A DNA stretch of 24,630 nucleotides from a candidate division WOR-3 bacterium (lineage in GTDB: Bacteria; Hydrothermota; Tepidihabitantia; Tepidihabitantales; CAIPLT01). Each line of letters opens with the position of its first letter. Positions within the stretch are counted from its first letter, which is position 1. Below, one piece after another: positions 16,640 to 24,630 of the stretch. Below the pieces are notes generated by a model. The model ran no database searches and had not been told where the DNA came from. It saw nothing but the letters and a program-made list of their open reading frames with translations. Where the stretch lies: NCBI GenBank assembly GCA_965649215.1, contig CBFGJZ010000025.1, forward strand, positions 1 through 24,630, in the 5' to 3' direction. The translations under genes were made by a program, and so were the position numbers.

Positions 16640-17674
16640 TTAATTAATTAGACATAATTTTTCAATGATTTTTTTATCATTAAGGTGAACAGCTACAAAA
16701 TAGATGCCATTTTGTAAATTGAGCGGGAGATTAAAGGTATGATAACCGATCGGGAGTTGGGGATAATGGAAGGTTTTTGAGAGAACACCATTTAAATTAT
16801 AGATATGGACAATAAGGCGTGTTGGCTGTTGTAATAAGCATGACAATTCAAGATTAGATTTATTTATCATTTTAATCCTAAGTTGTTTTGCGTCGATGCG
16901 TGAGTGATGCGCTTCGTGGATGTCGCCGGTCGGAATAATGATATTGATGTTTGTTAAATGCTGATTATATCCAAGATCAACTGAATCCGAATAAGTACTG
17001 ACAAGATTATGATTGTAATAGATGCTGATTTGATATTTATCAGCACCTAAACCTTGAATTGTATATTGCCCCAAAGAATTAGTGATGCCGCAAGAAGTGC
17101 CTGTTCGACCACTTGCATAAACAATATGATTTATTGCGGGTATGCCCTGATTGTGAGTTACAGTGCCACTAATTGAACTCCAATCATCATTGATACTGCC
17201 CAAAGTCGGAGTGGAGTCAATATACCAATTCATAATATTTTCCCATAACCAATTTAGACGATACAAAGCGATACTGCCATTTAGCGATGGAGCCGGAGCT
17301 CTTCGCCAACCAGCAGGTTGATATGGCCAAGAGACTTGATCTAAAATACTGTTGGCGTTATAACGAAAGATAATCGTATCACAAATGGGATTGATTTGAA
17401 AAACACCGCTTGTATTGGTTGCGTCAATCGTCACATAACCGCCAGCCGGTAAAACGACACCACTATTTATAATAGCAACACCGGCTCGAGTTTTTATTTG
17501 ATAGCCACTGAGATTGAGCGTCGTTGAAGATTCTTCTGGGATTTCGTGTAGTTCAATTCTTTGTAAAGAAGGCGGATTTGCTTGCACTTCGTTAATATAA
17601 GTCACAATAATTGGATTTGCGAATAAAGGATGACAGACTAATAATAAAATTAACCAATGGAAATGCCTGTTCAT
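16640..17674 (-). CDS. Secreted protein: lamin-tail-like domain, carboxypeptidase-regulatory-like domain and T9SS-type CTD
   Basis: GGAGG SD; signal peptide ending LFA; INEV...IELH...LNLSGYQI...PTLG..ND (LTD); SISGTVT...TNSLGQYTIQGL (CarboxypepD_reg-like); IYNLNG...NGIYFV...EKLCLIN (CTD). Confidence 0.8.
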   Translation of the reverse strand: MNRHFHWLILLLVCHPLFANPIIVTYINEVQANPPSLQRIELHEIPEESSTTLNLSGYQIKTRAGVAIINSGVVLPAGGYVTIDATNTSGVFQINPICDTIIFRYNANSILDQVSWPYQPAGWRRAPAPSLNGSIALYRLNWLWENIMNWYIDSTPTLGSINDDWSSISGTVTHNQGIPAINHIVYASGRTGTSCGITNSLGQYTIQGLGADKYQISIYYNHNLVSTYSDSVDLGYNQHLTNINIIIPTGDIHEAHHSRIDAKQLRIKMINKSNLELSCLLQQPTRLIVHIYNLNGVLSKTFHYPQLPIGYHTFNLPLNLQNGIYFVAVHLNDKKIIEKLCLIN

Positions 17675-17704
17675 AACATCCTCCGGCTAAGGTGGTACTA
17701 TTTT

Positions 17705-17733
17705 AACTTAACATTTTTTGGTAGTTTTGTCAA
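17705..17733 (-). promoter_or_regulatory. Sigma70 promoter for the minus-strand LTD-CTD gene
   Basis: Minus strand TTGACA (17733-17728), 17-nt spacer, TAAGTT (17710-17705) with a preceding TG (extended -10). Confidence 0.55.
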
Positions 17734-17761
17734 GATTTTATTTGAAAGTCGATAATTATTG

Positions 17762-17789
17762 TTGACATTATAGATAATCAGTTTATACT
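17762..17789 (+). promoter_or_regulatory. Sigma70 promoter of recA
   Basis: TTGACA (17762-17767), 16-nt spacer, TATACT (17784-17789). SD GAGGTG precedes ATG 17831. Confidence 0.7.
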
Positions 17790-17830
17790 TAAAAGGTGAT
17801 AAGTAATAAATTAGTGTTAAGAGGTGAAAT

Positions 17831-18865
17831 ATGGCTGATGAAGAAAGATTAAAAGCATTAAAGATAGCGATTTCCCAGATTGAAAAGCAATTTGGCAAAG
17901 GTGCGATTATGCGACTGGGTGAAACTGAAGCTAAAGTTCAAGCCGAAGCGATTCCAACCGGCTCGATTGGGCTTGATTATGCATTAGGTATTGGTGGAGT
18001 TCCTCGCGGTCGGGTCGTCGAAATCTTTGGTCCGGAAGCATCGGGTAAGACCACTTTGACTTTGCAGATTGTGGCTGAAGTCCAAAAAATGGGTGGCACT
18101 GCAGTTTTTATTGATGCCGAACATGCTTTGGATATTAGATATGCCCAAGCGTTAGGAGTTAATTTAGATAATCTCTTTATTTCCCAACCTGATACGGGTG
18201 AACAAGCATTAGAAATTGCTGAAACTTTAACGCGGTCGGGTAGTTTAGATGTTTTTGTGATCGATTCGGTCGCGGCTTTAGTGCCGCGGGCTGAAATTGA
18301 AGGCGAAATGGGTGATGCTTTTATTGGAGTACAGGCGCGCTTAATGTCACAAGCGTTACGGAAGCTTTCCGCGGTAATTAGTAAATCGAAAACCTGCGCA
18401 ATTTTTACTAATCAAATTCGACAAAAGATTGGTGTGATGTTTGGTAATCCCGAAACGACGCCGGGTGGCTTGGCCTTGAAATTTTATGCGAGTGTGCGAT
18501 TAGATATTCGACGAATCGGTGCTATTAAGAAAGGCGAAGCAGTTATTGGTAGCCGTACGAAAGTGAAAGTGGTTAAGAATAAATTAGCGCCGCCATTTCG
18601 GGAGGTTGAATTTGATATTATCTATGGTAAGGGTATTTCCCGCATGGGCGAACTGGTTGATTTAGGTGTTGAGCATAATGTGATTGAAAAGGCAGGTGCC
18701 TGGTATCAATACGAAAATGAAAAAATTGGTCAAGGTAGAGAAAATGCTATTGAATTTTTAGAAACGAATAAGGAATTAGCTAAAAAAATCGAGAAAAAAT
18801 TATTAGCTGTATTATATCAAACCGCCGATGCGAGTTCAGCTAAAACCGCAAAGAAGAAATCCTGA
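17831..18865 (+). CDS. recA: Recombinase RecA
   Basis: [68 protein letters not shown]. No intein. Confidence 0.99.
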   Translation: MADEERLKALKIAISQIEKQFGKGAIMRLGETEAKVQAEAIPTGSIGLDYALGIGGVPRGRVVEIFGPEASGKTTLTLQIVAEVQKMGGTAVFIDAEHALDIRYAQALGVNLDNLFISQPDTGEQALEIAETLTRSGSLDVFVIDSVAALVPRAEIEGEMGDAFIGVQARLMSQALRKLSAVISKSKTCAIFTNQIRQKIGVMFGNPETTPGGLALKFYASVRLDIRRIGAIKKGEAVIGSRTKVKVVKNKLAPPFREVEFDIIYGKGISRMGELVDLGVEHNVIEKAGAWYQYENEKIGQGRENAIEFLETNKELAKKIEKKLLAVLYQTADASSAKTAKKKS

Positions 18866-19448
18866 TCGTACTTCAGTTTTTATTGATGGTAAGTATGCTT
18901 TTAGTGTTGATAAAGAAACGCTCAAGCGTATGGGTTATTTTACAGAAGCCGAAATAAGTGAAGATGAGTTAGATAAATTATTGTACGAAACGGAGCGAAC
19001 CCAAGCCCGTAATTATGCGTTTCGATTACTGTCGTATCGGATGCGTACAAGCAAAGAGATAAAAGAACGTTTAATGAAGCGTAAGTATTCCGAGATAGTC
19101 ATACAAGATGTCTTAGCAGAACTTAATTCTTTAGGGTTAATTGACGATGAAAAATTTGCTGAAAACTTTGTACGGGATCGTCTTAATTTTGCACTAAAGG
19201 GTAAACAGATGATTTTTGCGGAATTGATCAAAAAAGGTATTAATGAAGAAGTAATTAAAAATGCCTTGAAGAGTATTTCCGACCAACAAGAAGAAAGTGC
19301 TTGTTTAAAACTGATTCGCAAATATGAACCACGTTATCGCAATTTAGCGAAAATTAAAAGACAACAAAGAATTTATAGCCTCTTAAATCGGCGTGGTTTT
19401 TCATACGCGACGATTAAAAAAGTATTAAAACTTAATGAAGAGAATTAA
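18828..19448 (+). CDS. recX: Regulatory protein RecX
   Basis: [38 protein letters not shown]. Overlaps the recA 3' end by 38 nt. Confidence 0.93.
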   Translation: MRVQLKPQRRNPDRTSVFIDGKYAFSVDKETLKRMGYFTEAEISEDELDKLLYETERTQARNYAFRLLSYRMRTSKEIKERLMKRKYSEIVIQDVLAELNSLGLIDDEKFAENFVRDRLNFALKGKQMIFAELIKKGINEEVIKNALKSISDQQEESACLKLIRKYEPRYRNLAKIKRQQRIYSLLNRRGFSYATIKKVLKLNEEN

Positions 19449-19468
19449 GATTTAATGATTGAGATATT

Positions 19469-22096
19469 ATGAAACATCGAGAAATAAGACAGACTTTTTT
19501 AGATTTTTATGCCCAGCGAGGACATAAAATTGTTGCCAGCTCATCGTTAATTCCGAAAGACGATCCGACAATGCTCTTTACAAGCGCCGGCATGGTCCAG
19601 TTTAAACCGTTTTACGCAGGCACAGTGCCATTGCCCTATCGTCGGGCAACAACAATTCAAAAATGTTTGCGAGCAACTGATTTAGAACAAGTTGGCAAAT
19701 CGATTAAATATTGTACTTTTTTTGAGATGTTAGGTAATTTTTCTTTTGGTGATTACTTTAAGAAAGAAGCAATTCCTTGGGCTTGGGAATATTTAACCCA
19801 AGTTGTGAAATTACCCAAAGATCGTCTTTTTGTATCGGTTTTCGAACAAGATGAAGAAGCATATCAAATCTGGCGTGATGATGTTGGTTTAGAAACGCAG
19901 CGTATTTACAAATTAGGTGAAAAAGATAATTTTTGGGGTCCGGCAGGTTCGGTTGGCGCGTGCGGACCATGTTCTGAAATCTATTATGATTTAGGTGAAG
20001 AATTTGGTTGTAAAAAAGAACATTGTGGACCCGGTTGTGACTGTGAACGATTTTTAGAAGTTTATAATATCGTCTTTCCCCAATACGATAAACAACTAGA
20101 CGGTACTTTATTACCATTAAAAAATCGAGGCATTGACACGGGGATGGGGATGGAACGTTTATGTATGGTTTCTCAAGAGAAGAAATCAATTTTTGAAACT
20201 GATTTGTTTGTCCCAATTATCAAAACGCTCGGCAAAATTCTCAACGCACCGTTAAATGACAAAAATCGGTTGGTCTATTATACATCTGCTGATCACTGCC
20301 GTGCTTTGACTTTTGCAATTGGCGACGGCGCAATTCCTTCGAATGAAGGTCGTGGTTATATGTTGCGTAGTATTTTAAGGCGGGCTTTACTTTTTGCATA
20401 TCAAATCGGGATTGAAGAACCTTACTTGTATAAATTAAGTGGAGAAATCATTAACGAGATGCGCCAATGGTATCCCGAATACCGCGAAAAACAGGAAGCG
20501 ATTGCTTTGATCATTAAGTCCGAAGAAGAACGGTTCTTTAAAACCATCGACGCGGGTCTTGACCGTTGGTATGAGTTAATTGAGCAATATAAAGATAATA
20601 AAGTAATTCCGGGCAAAGAAATTTTTAAACTGCACGACACTTTTGGACTACCGGTTGAATTAACTTTAGAACTAGCAAATAAAGAAAATTATCAGCTTGA
20701 TTTAGAGGGTTATGAGAAAGAAATGGCTTTGCAAAAAGAACGGTCAAGAAAAATAGTGATTGATGTTAAAACCGCAATTAGTGATGTGATGGAACAAGCA
20801 TTGTCAAAACAAAGTCCAGCATTTATTGGTTATGAGACTGACGAAGTAATTACGCGTCTTTTAATTAGCCAAAAGATCAGTGATAACTTATGGGAAGTTT
20901 ATTTAGAAAATCCGCCGTTTTATGCCGAAGCCGGTGGCCAAGTTGGCGATACAGGTAAAATAATCGGTGATAATTTTGAATTAGAAGTTATTAATAGTTA
21001 CTATAAGAATAAACATCGTTGGTCTCAGGCAAAATTAATTAAAGGTGAAATAAAAGAGGGTGTCTTTTTAGATGAAGTCATTACCGTGAAGGCAACAATT
21101 GATAAAAAACGCAGACGAGAAATTGAACGTGCCCATACCGCAACTCATTTATTACATGCGGTATTACGAAGTGTGCTTGGTGAATATGTTAAACAAGAAG
21201 GTTCGTTGGTGGAAGCAGGCCAATTTAGATTTGATTTTACCTGTCCGCATCCCCTTACCAAGGAGCAACTTAATAAAGTGGAATCGTTGGTTTACGAGAA
21301 GATTATTGAAGATATAAAAGTCGATCATCTAAAAGATATTCCAATTGAAGAAGCGAAAGCGATGGGCGCTTTGGCATTTTTTGGTGAGGTTTATGGAGAA
21401 AGGGTTAATGTTTTGAAAATCGGCAATTTCTCTTGTGAGTTATGTGGTGGAACACATTTGAGACGCACCGGTGAGATTGGTATATTCAAGATTACTTCGG
21501 AAACAGGGATTGCCGCGGGAATTCGGAGAATTGAGGCGAAAGTAGGTAAGTTAGCCTACCAAACTATCAAAAAAGAACGAGAAATTCTTGATGAATTGAA
21601 CTTAAAATTAACCGCCACGGATGCTTTACTGATCGAAAAGATTGAGCATCTTTACGGTGTCCAAAATAAATTACAGCAACAGATCGAAAGGTTAAGTGCA
21701 AAAATTATTGATGTTGAAGTTGAAAAATTAATTACAAATCCTGAAGTAATTGAACAACTTCGTTTAGTATTTAAGGTATTTGATTATCTTGAGTTAAATC
21801 AACTACGAATTATTGCAGATAAATTAAGAGCGGTCTATAACGATAATCTGTGTGGGTTGTTAGTGAGTCGTCAAGAAAGCAATGAGCGCATCCGCTACAT
21901 TCTTTTTGTAACTAATAATTTAGAGGATAAACTACCAGCTAATGAATTAGCAAGAACGATTGGTAAAGTGATGGAAGGCGGTGGCGGTGGCAGAGCGGAT
22001 TTAGCAGAAGGTGGCGGTCGATTAGATAAAGTTGCCGATGCCTATGAGATGCTTAAAAATATTATTAAAGAACGATTGACAAAAACAGAGTTATAA
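19469..22096 (+). CDS. alaS: Alanine--tRNA ligase
   Basis: DPTMLFTSAGMVQFK, TFFEMLGNFSFGDYFK, IDTGMGMER, PSNEGRGY; editing domain HTATHLLH and ELCGGTH; C-terminal GGGGGR. Confidence 0.99.
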   Translation: MKHREIRQTFLDFYAQRGHKIVASSSLIPKDDPTMLFTSAGMVQFKPFYAGTVPLPYRRATTIQKCLRATDLEQVGKSIKYCTFFEMLGNFSFGDYFKKEAIPWAWEYLTQVVKLPKDRLFVSVFEQDEEAYQIWRDDVGLETQRIYKLGEKDNFWGPAGSVGACGPCSEIYYDLGEEFGCKKEHCGPGCDCERFLEVYNIVFPQYDKQLDGTLLPLKNRGIDTGMGMERLCMVSQEKKSIFETDLFVPIIKTLGKILNAPLNDKNRLVYYTSADHCRALTFAIGDGAIPSNEGRGYMLRSILRRALLFAYQIGIEEPYLYKLSGEIINEMRQWYPEYREKQEAIALIIKSEEERFFKTIDAGLDRWYELIEQYKDNKVIPGKEIFKLHDTFGLPVELTLELANKENYQLDLEGYEKEMALQKERSRKIVIDVKTAISDVMEQALSKQSPAFIGYETDEVITRLLISQKISDNLWEVYLENPPFYAEAGGQVGDTGKIIGDNFELEVINSYYKNKHRWSQAKLIKGEIKEGVFLDEVITVKATIDKKRRREIERAHTATHLLHAVLRSVLGEYVKQEGSLVEAGQFRFDFTCPHPLTKEQLNKVESLVYEKIIEDIKVDHLKDIPIEEAKAMGALAFFGEVYGERVNVLKIGNFSCELCGGTHLRRTGEIGIFKITSETGIAAGIRRIEAKVGKLAYQTIKKEREILDELNLKLTATDALLIEKIEHLYGVQNKLQQQIERLSAKIIDVEVEKLITNPEVIEQLRLVFKVFDYLELNQLRIIADKLRAVYNDNLCGLLVSRQESNERIRYILFVTNNLEDKLPANELARTIGKVMEGGGGGRADLAEGGGRLDKVADAYEMLKNIIKERLTKTEL

Positions 22097-22123
22097 AAGG
22101 TTTAGATAAATCAAACATCAGAT

Positions 22124-23110
22124 ATGATTGATAAAAAAAAAGGCTGTTGTAAGTTTATTATTATTTACCTGTTATTAACTTGGGCTTTACTTTATGGTCA
22201 ATTAAATGTTGGGGTGCTTTTCCCTATCAAGCAAAATGGTAAATATGGATTTATTGACCAATGGGGAAGGGTGATGATTCGGCCGAAATTTGACCAAACC
22301 TTGGGTTTTAAGGATAAATTAGCCGCAGTTTGCACTCAGGGTAAATGGGGTTATATCAATACCGACGGTGAATATGTAATTTCACCCCAATATGACTGGG
22401 CAGAAAATTTTTCTGAAGGTTTAGCACGGGTTATGTTAAATAAGAAAACATATTATATAAATAAAGCAGGTAAGGTAGTTATTAAATCAAAGTTCCCTGA
22501 GTCAGGTGATTTTAAGGAATTACTAACCTGGGTTAGTGACGGTAAGAAATATGGTTATATTGATTATGAAGGGAAACAGGCAATTAAAATTCAATATGAT
22601 TGGGCAAGTGATTTTTCAGAGTGGTTAGGGGTAGTGAGAGTTAAAGATAAATACGGCTACATTAATCGGCGGGGCGAATATTTTATTGCGCCCCAGTTTG
22701 AATGGGCAGGAAAATTTTCAGAAAGTCTAGCGGTAATAAAAATAGGGAGAAAATGCGGTTATCTGGATAAGAGACAACGCTTAGTAATCGATACACTATT
22801 TGACGATGCCGGTGATTTTTCCCAAGGACTGGCCAAAGTAAAAGTTAATAATCGATGGGGCTTTATAAATAAAAGAGGAAATTTTGTCATCGAGCCAAAA
22901 TATAAAATGGTCGGTGATTTTTCCGAAGGGTATGCTTATTATCAAAGCGATTCCTTGTATGGTTATATTGATCGCGAAGGACAAGTTGCAATTAAAGCTA
23001 AATATGATTATGCAATGGATTTTAAGGATGGGTTAGCAAGAGTAAAAGTTGGTAAGAAATGGGGGTATATTGACAAGAGTGGTAAGTATATTTGGCAACC
23101 GAGCGAATAG
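22124..23110 (+). CDS. Secreted WG-repeat (KWG) protein
   Basis: Signal peptide followed by about eight repeats of FSEGLA.V....KWG(Y/F)I...G...I.P.Y. Confidence 0.92.
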   Translation: MIDKKKGCCKFIIIYLLLTWALLYGQLNVGVLFPIKQNGKYGFIDQWGRVMIRPKFDQTLGFKDKLAAVCTQGKWGYINTDGEYVISPQYDWAENFSEGLARVMLNKKTYYINKAGKVVIKSKFPESGDFKELLTWVSDGKKYGYIDYEGKQAIKIQYDWASDFSEWLGVVRVKDKYGYINRRGEYFIAPQFEWAGKFSESLAVIKIGRKCGYLDKRQRLVIDTLFDDAGDFSQGLAKVKVNNRWGFINKRGNFVIEPKYKMVGDFSEGYAYYQSDSLYGYIDREGQVAIKAKYDYAMDFKDGLARVKVGKKWGYIDKSGKYIWQPSE

Positions 23111-23196
23111 ATCCTAAGTTTTAGTCAAATAATTTTGGACAAAATTAAAATCACTTAGCGATGATAATATTAGAAGGTTATAATTAAAAATATAAG

Positions 23197-23868
23197 TTAT
23201 TTATTAACTGGTTGTATTAATGCTGGACTGTTATTTTTTACTGAGTTGACCAAATCCGATACCTGATAGATGTGCATTTGTAAATCATCAAAAGGAATAA
23301 GTAAAGATGATAATTTTCTAAGATCCTGAAAGTTCTTATCAAGCCAGATTTCGTAAGCAGTTTTGGGTAAAATGACAGGCATTCGATTATGAATTGAAGC
23401 GAGTAATTGATTAGCTTTAGTTGTAATTATTGTGCAGGTGGTAATAATTTCACCGTCAGGGGATTGCCAGTGATCATAAAGACCTGCAAAAGCAAAAGGT
23501 TTATTGTTTTTCAAAGTGATAGCATAGGGTATTTTTCGGTGTTCGTCTTTTCGCCATTCATAAAAGCCATCAGCAATGATAAGACATCGTTGAGATTGGA
23601 ATGGTCTTAAAAAACTCGGCTTTTCGATTAAACTTTCAGCCCGAGCATTGATAGTTCGATAGGCAATCTTTTCATCTTTTGCCCAGGCTGGAATCAATCC
23701 CCAACGCATAGAGACGAGTTTATTATTATGATTACTTACTACACATAAAACATTCCGACCCGGAGCAATGTTATAATCAGGCTGAATATCTTCACTGATA
23801 ACTTCATAGATATTAAATTCATTGACAATTACACTCTTTTCGCTTTTTAACCAATAGCGGCCACACAT
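23197..23868 (-). CDS. SOS response-associated peptidase (SRAP; YedK/HMCES family), abasic-site protecting protein
   Basis: Start reassigned to ATG 23868, giving the family N-terminus MCGRY (catalytic Cys2). Motifs YNIAP, MRWGLIP, INARAE, RCLIIADGFYEW, FAFAGL, IHNRMPVIL. Confidence 0.93.
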   Translation of the reverse strand: MCGRYWLKSEKSVIVNEFNIYEVISEDIQPDYNIAPGRNVLCVVSNHNNKLVSMRWGLIPAWAKDEKIAYRTINARAESLIEKPSFLRPFQSQRCLIIADGFYEWRKDEHRKIPYAITLKNNKPFAFAGLYDHWQSPDGEIITTCTIITTKANQLLASIHNRMPVILPKTAYEIWLDKNFQDLRKLSSLLIPFDDLQMHIYQVSDLVNSVKNNSPALIQPVNK

Positions 23869-23874
23869 AATATT

Positions 23875-23903
23875 ATTAGACTTAAGAAGCATTATGATGT
23901 CAA
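23875..23903 (-). promoter_or_regulatory. Possible sigma70 promoter giving a leaderless SRAP transcript
   Basis: Minus strand TTGACA (23903-23898), 17-nt spacer, TCTAAT (23880-23875), then 6 nt to ATG 23868. The -10 box lacks the usually conserved A at its second position. Confidence 0.45.
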
Positions 23904-24020
23904 GGTCTTTTTTGAAGGCAATGAGTAAAAATGAAGGTAAATTTTATACGATTTAGGAGCGTTTAAAACAAATAGAACAAAACACAAAGCATTTGTAATG
24001 AAATAGTAATAATTAGTGAT

Positions 24021-24629
24021 TTATCTGGGTTTTATGGCGGAGAGGTTTATACTGATAACTGAATCAATTAATTTTTTGTTTGTGGTTTTTGTCGGTTTGT
24101 AATTATTTATTACACAATCAAGGGGAAAACTTGTCTCTTCAACTATCTTTATATTTCTAAATCCTGCTTGTTTTATTGCATTAAGATATTGATTTTTAAG
24201 CATAGCACCAGCAACACAACCTATATATGCTTCGATTGAGTTTTTTATTACAGATGGTAATTCTTTTTCAAGCACAATATCTGAGACTATTAATCGACCG
24301 CCTGGTTTTAACACCCGAAATGCTTCTTTGAAAACCTGTTTTTTGTCAGGCGAAAGGTTGATAACACAATTTGAAATTATCACATCAACAGAATTATCAA
24401 TCACAGGGAGATTTTCAATTTCACCTAAGCGAAACTCGACATTTTTGTAGTTACCCTTTTTAGCATTGGCTTTTGCTTTAGCAATCATTTTGGGTGTCAT
24501 ATCAACACCAATAACTTTTCCTTTGGGACCTACTTTTTGAGCGGCGAGAAACGAATCAAGCCCTGCGCCACAACCAAGATCAAGGACGATATCACCTTTC
24601 TTTATAATTGCATATGCGAGTGGATTGCC
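24021..24629 (-). CDS. arsM: Arsenite S-adenosylmethionine methyltransferase, 5'-truncated by the window edge
   Basis: The frame stays open beyond ATG 24500 to the window end: [46 protein letters not shown]. Downstream motifs [30 protein letters not shown]. Confidence 0.9.
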   Translation of the reverse strand, partial: GNPLAYAIIKKGDIVLDLGCGAGLDSFLAAQKVGPKGKVIGVDMTPKMIAKAKANAKKGNYKNVEFRLGEIENLPVIDNSVDVIISNCVINLSPDKKQVFKEAFRVLKPGGRLIVSDIVLEKELPSVIKNSIEAYIGCVAGAMLKNQYLNAIKQAGFRNIKIVEETSFPLDCVINNYKPTKTTNKKLIDSVISINLSAIKPR

Positions 24630-24630
24630 A

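Noticed and set aside
17698-17898. 66-aa minus-strand ORF
   Set aside because: It is antisense to the recA start and runs across two promoters in AT-rich DNA.
18828-18865. recA/recX 38-nt overlap as a frameshift or unusual feature
   Set aside because: Both proteins look complete. Overlap of recX with the variable recA tail and recA-recX-alaS synteny are common.
20007-20045. Cys-rich segment CKKEHCGPGCDC in AlaRS as a novel insertion
   Set aside because: This Cys-rich insertion is a familiar feature of many bacterial AlaRS proteins.
23111-23196. Bidirectional terminator between the convergent WG and SRAP genes
   Set aside because: Only weak, mismatched AT-rich pairing; no convincing stem.
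19013-23610. Shadow ORFs in recX, alaS, WG and SRAP (19013-19321, 19758-20216, 20422-20640, 21099-21317, 22796-22984, 23407-23610)
   Set aside because: They are contained within well-supported genes and have no motifs.
24498-24500. ATG 24500 as arsM start
   Set aside because: It is the Met of the internal GVDMT motif; the SAM-binding motif lies upstream in the same open frame.

Overview
AT-rich bacterial chromosomal window with 21 supportable protein-coding genes. I found no rRNA, tRNA, CRISPR array or mobile element. The organism is probably a diderm outside Bacteroidota that has type IX-like (T9SS) secretion. Two cargo proteins with C-terminal sorting domains (CTD) and a PorV/PorQ-family gene sit beside canonical TTGACA-17-TATAAT promoters and AGGAGG Shine-Dalgarno (SD) sites. 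The CARDB+kelch+CTD architecture resembles candidate division WOR-3 proteins (inference). Gene order: 5'-truncated large CTD surface protein and terminator; a likely operon of flavin reductase, gluzincin/PD40/Omp85 protein, LolA-fold+SecD-P1-like lipoprotein and processive GT2; porV-like and purA; orphan hypB and an MFS transporter; an intergenic stretch with degenerate 12-bp periodicity; atypical efp, a 63-aa two-His membrane protein and an exported SOR/SoxZ-like protein; on the minus strand a DUF4424-like lipoprotein and an LTD-CTD protein; recA-recX-alaS and a WG-repeat protein; on the minus strand SRAP and a truncated arsM. The strongest leads are the Omp85-peptidase plus soluble SecD-P1 lipoprotein module, the mini-cytochrome-b plus exported His/Cys metalloprotein pair, the 12-bp-phased intergenic array, apparent leaderless transcripts, and a signal-peptide-like uORF in frame with porV. 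All domain calls come from motif reading by eye; no searches were run.
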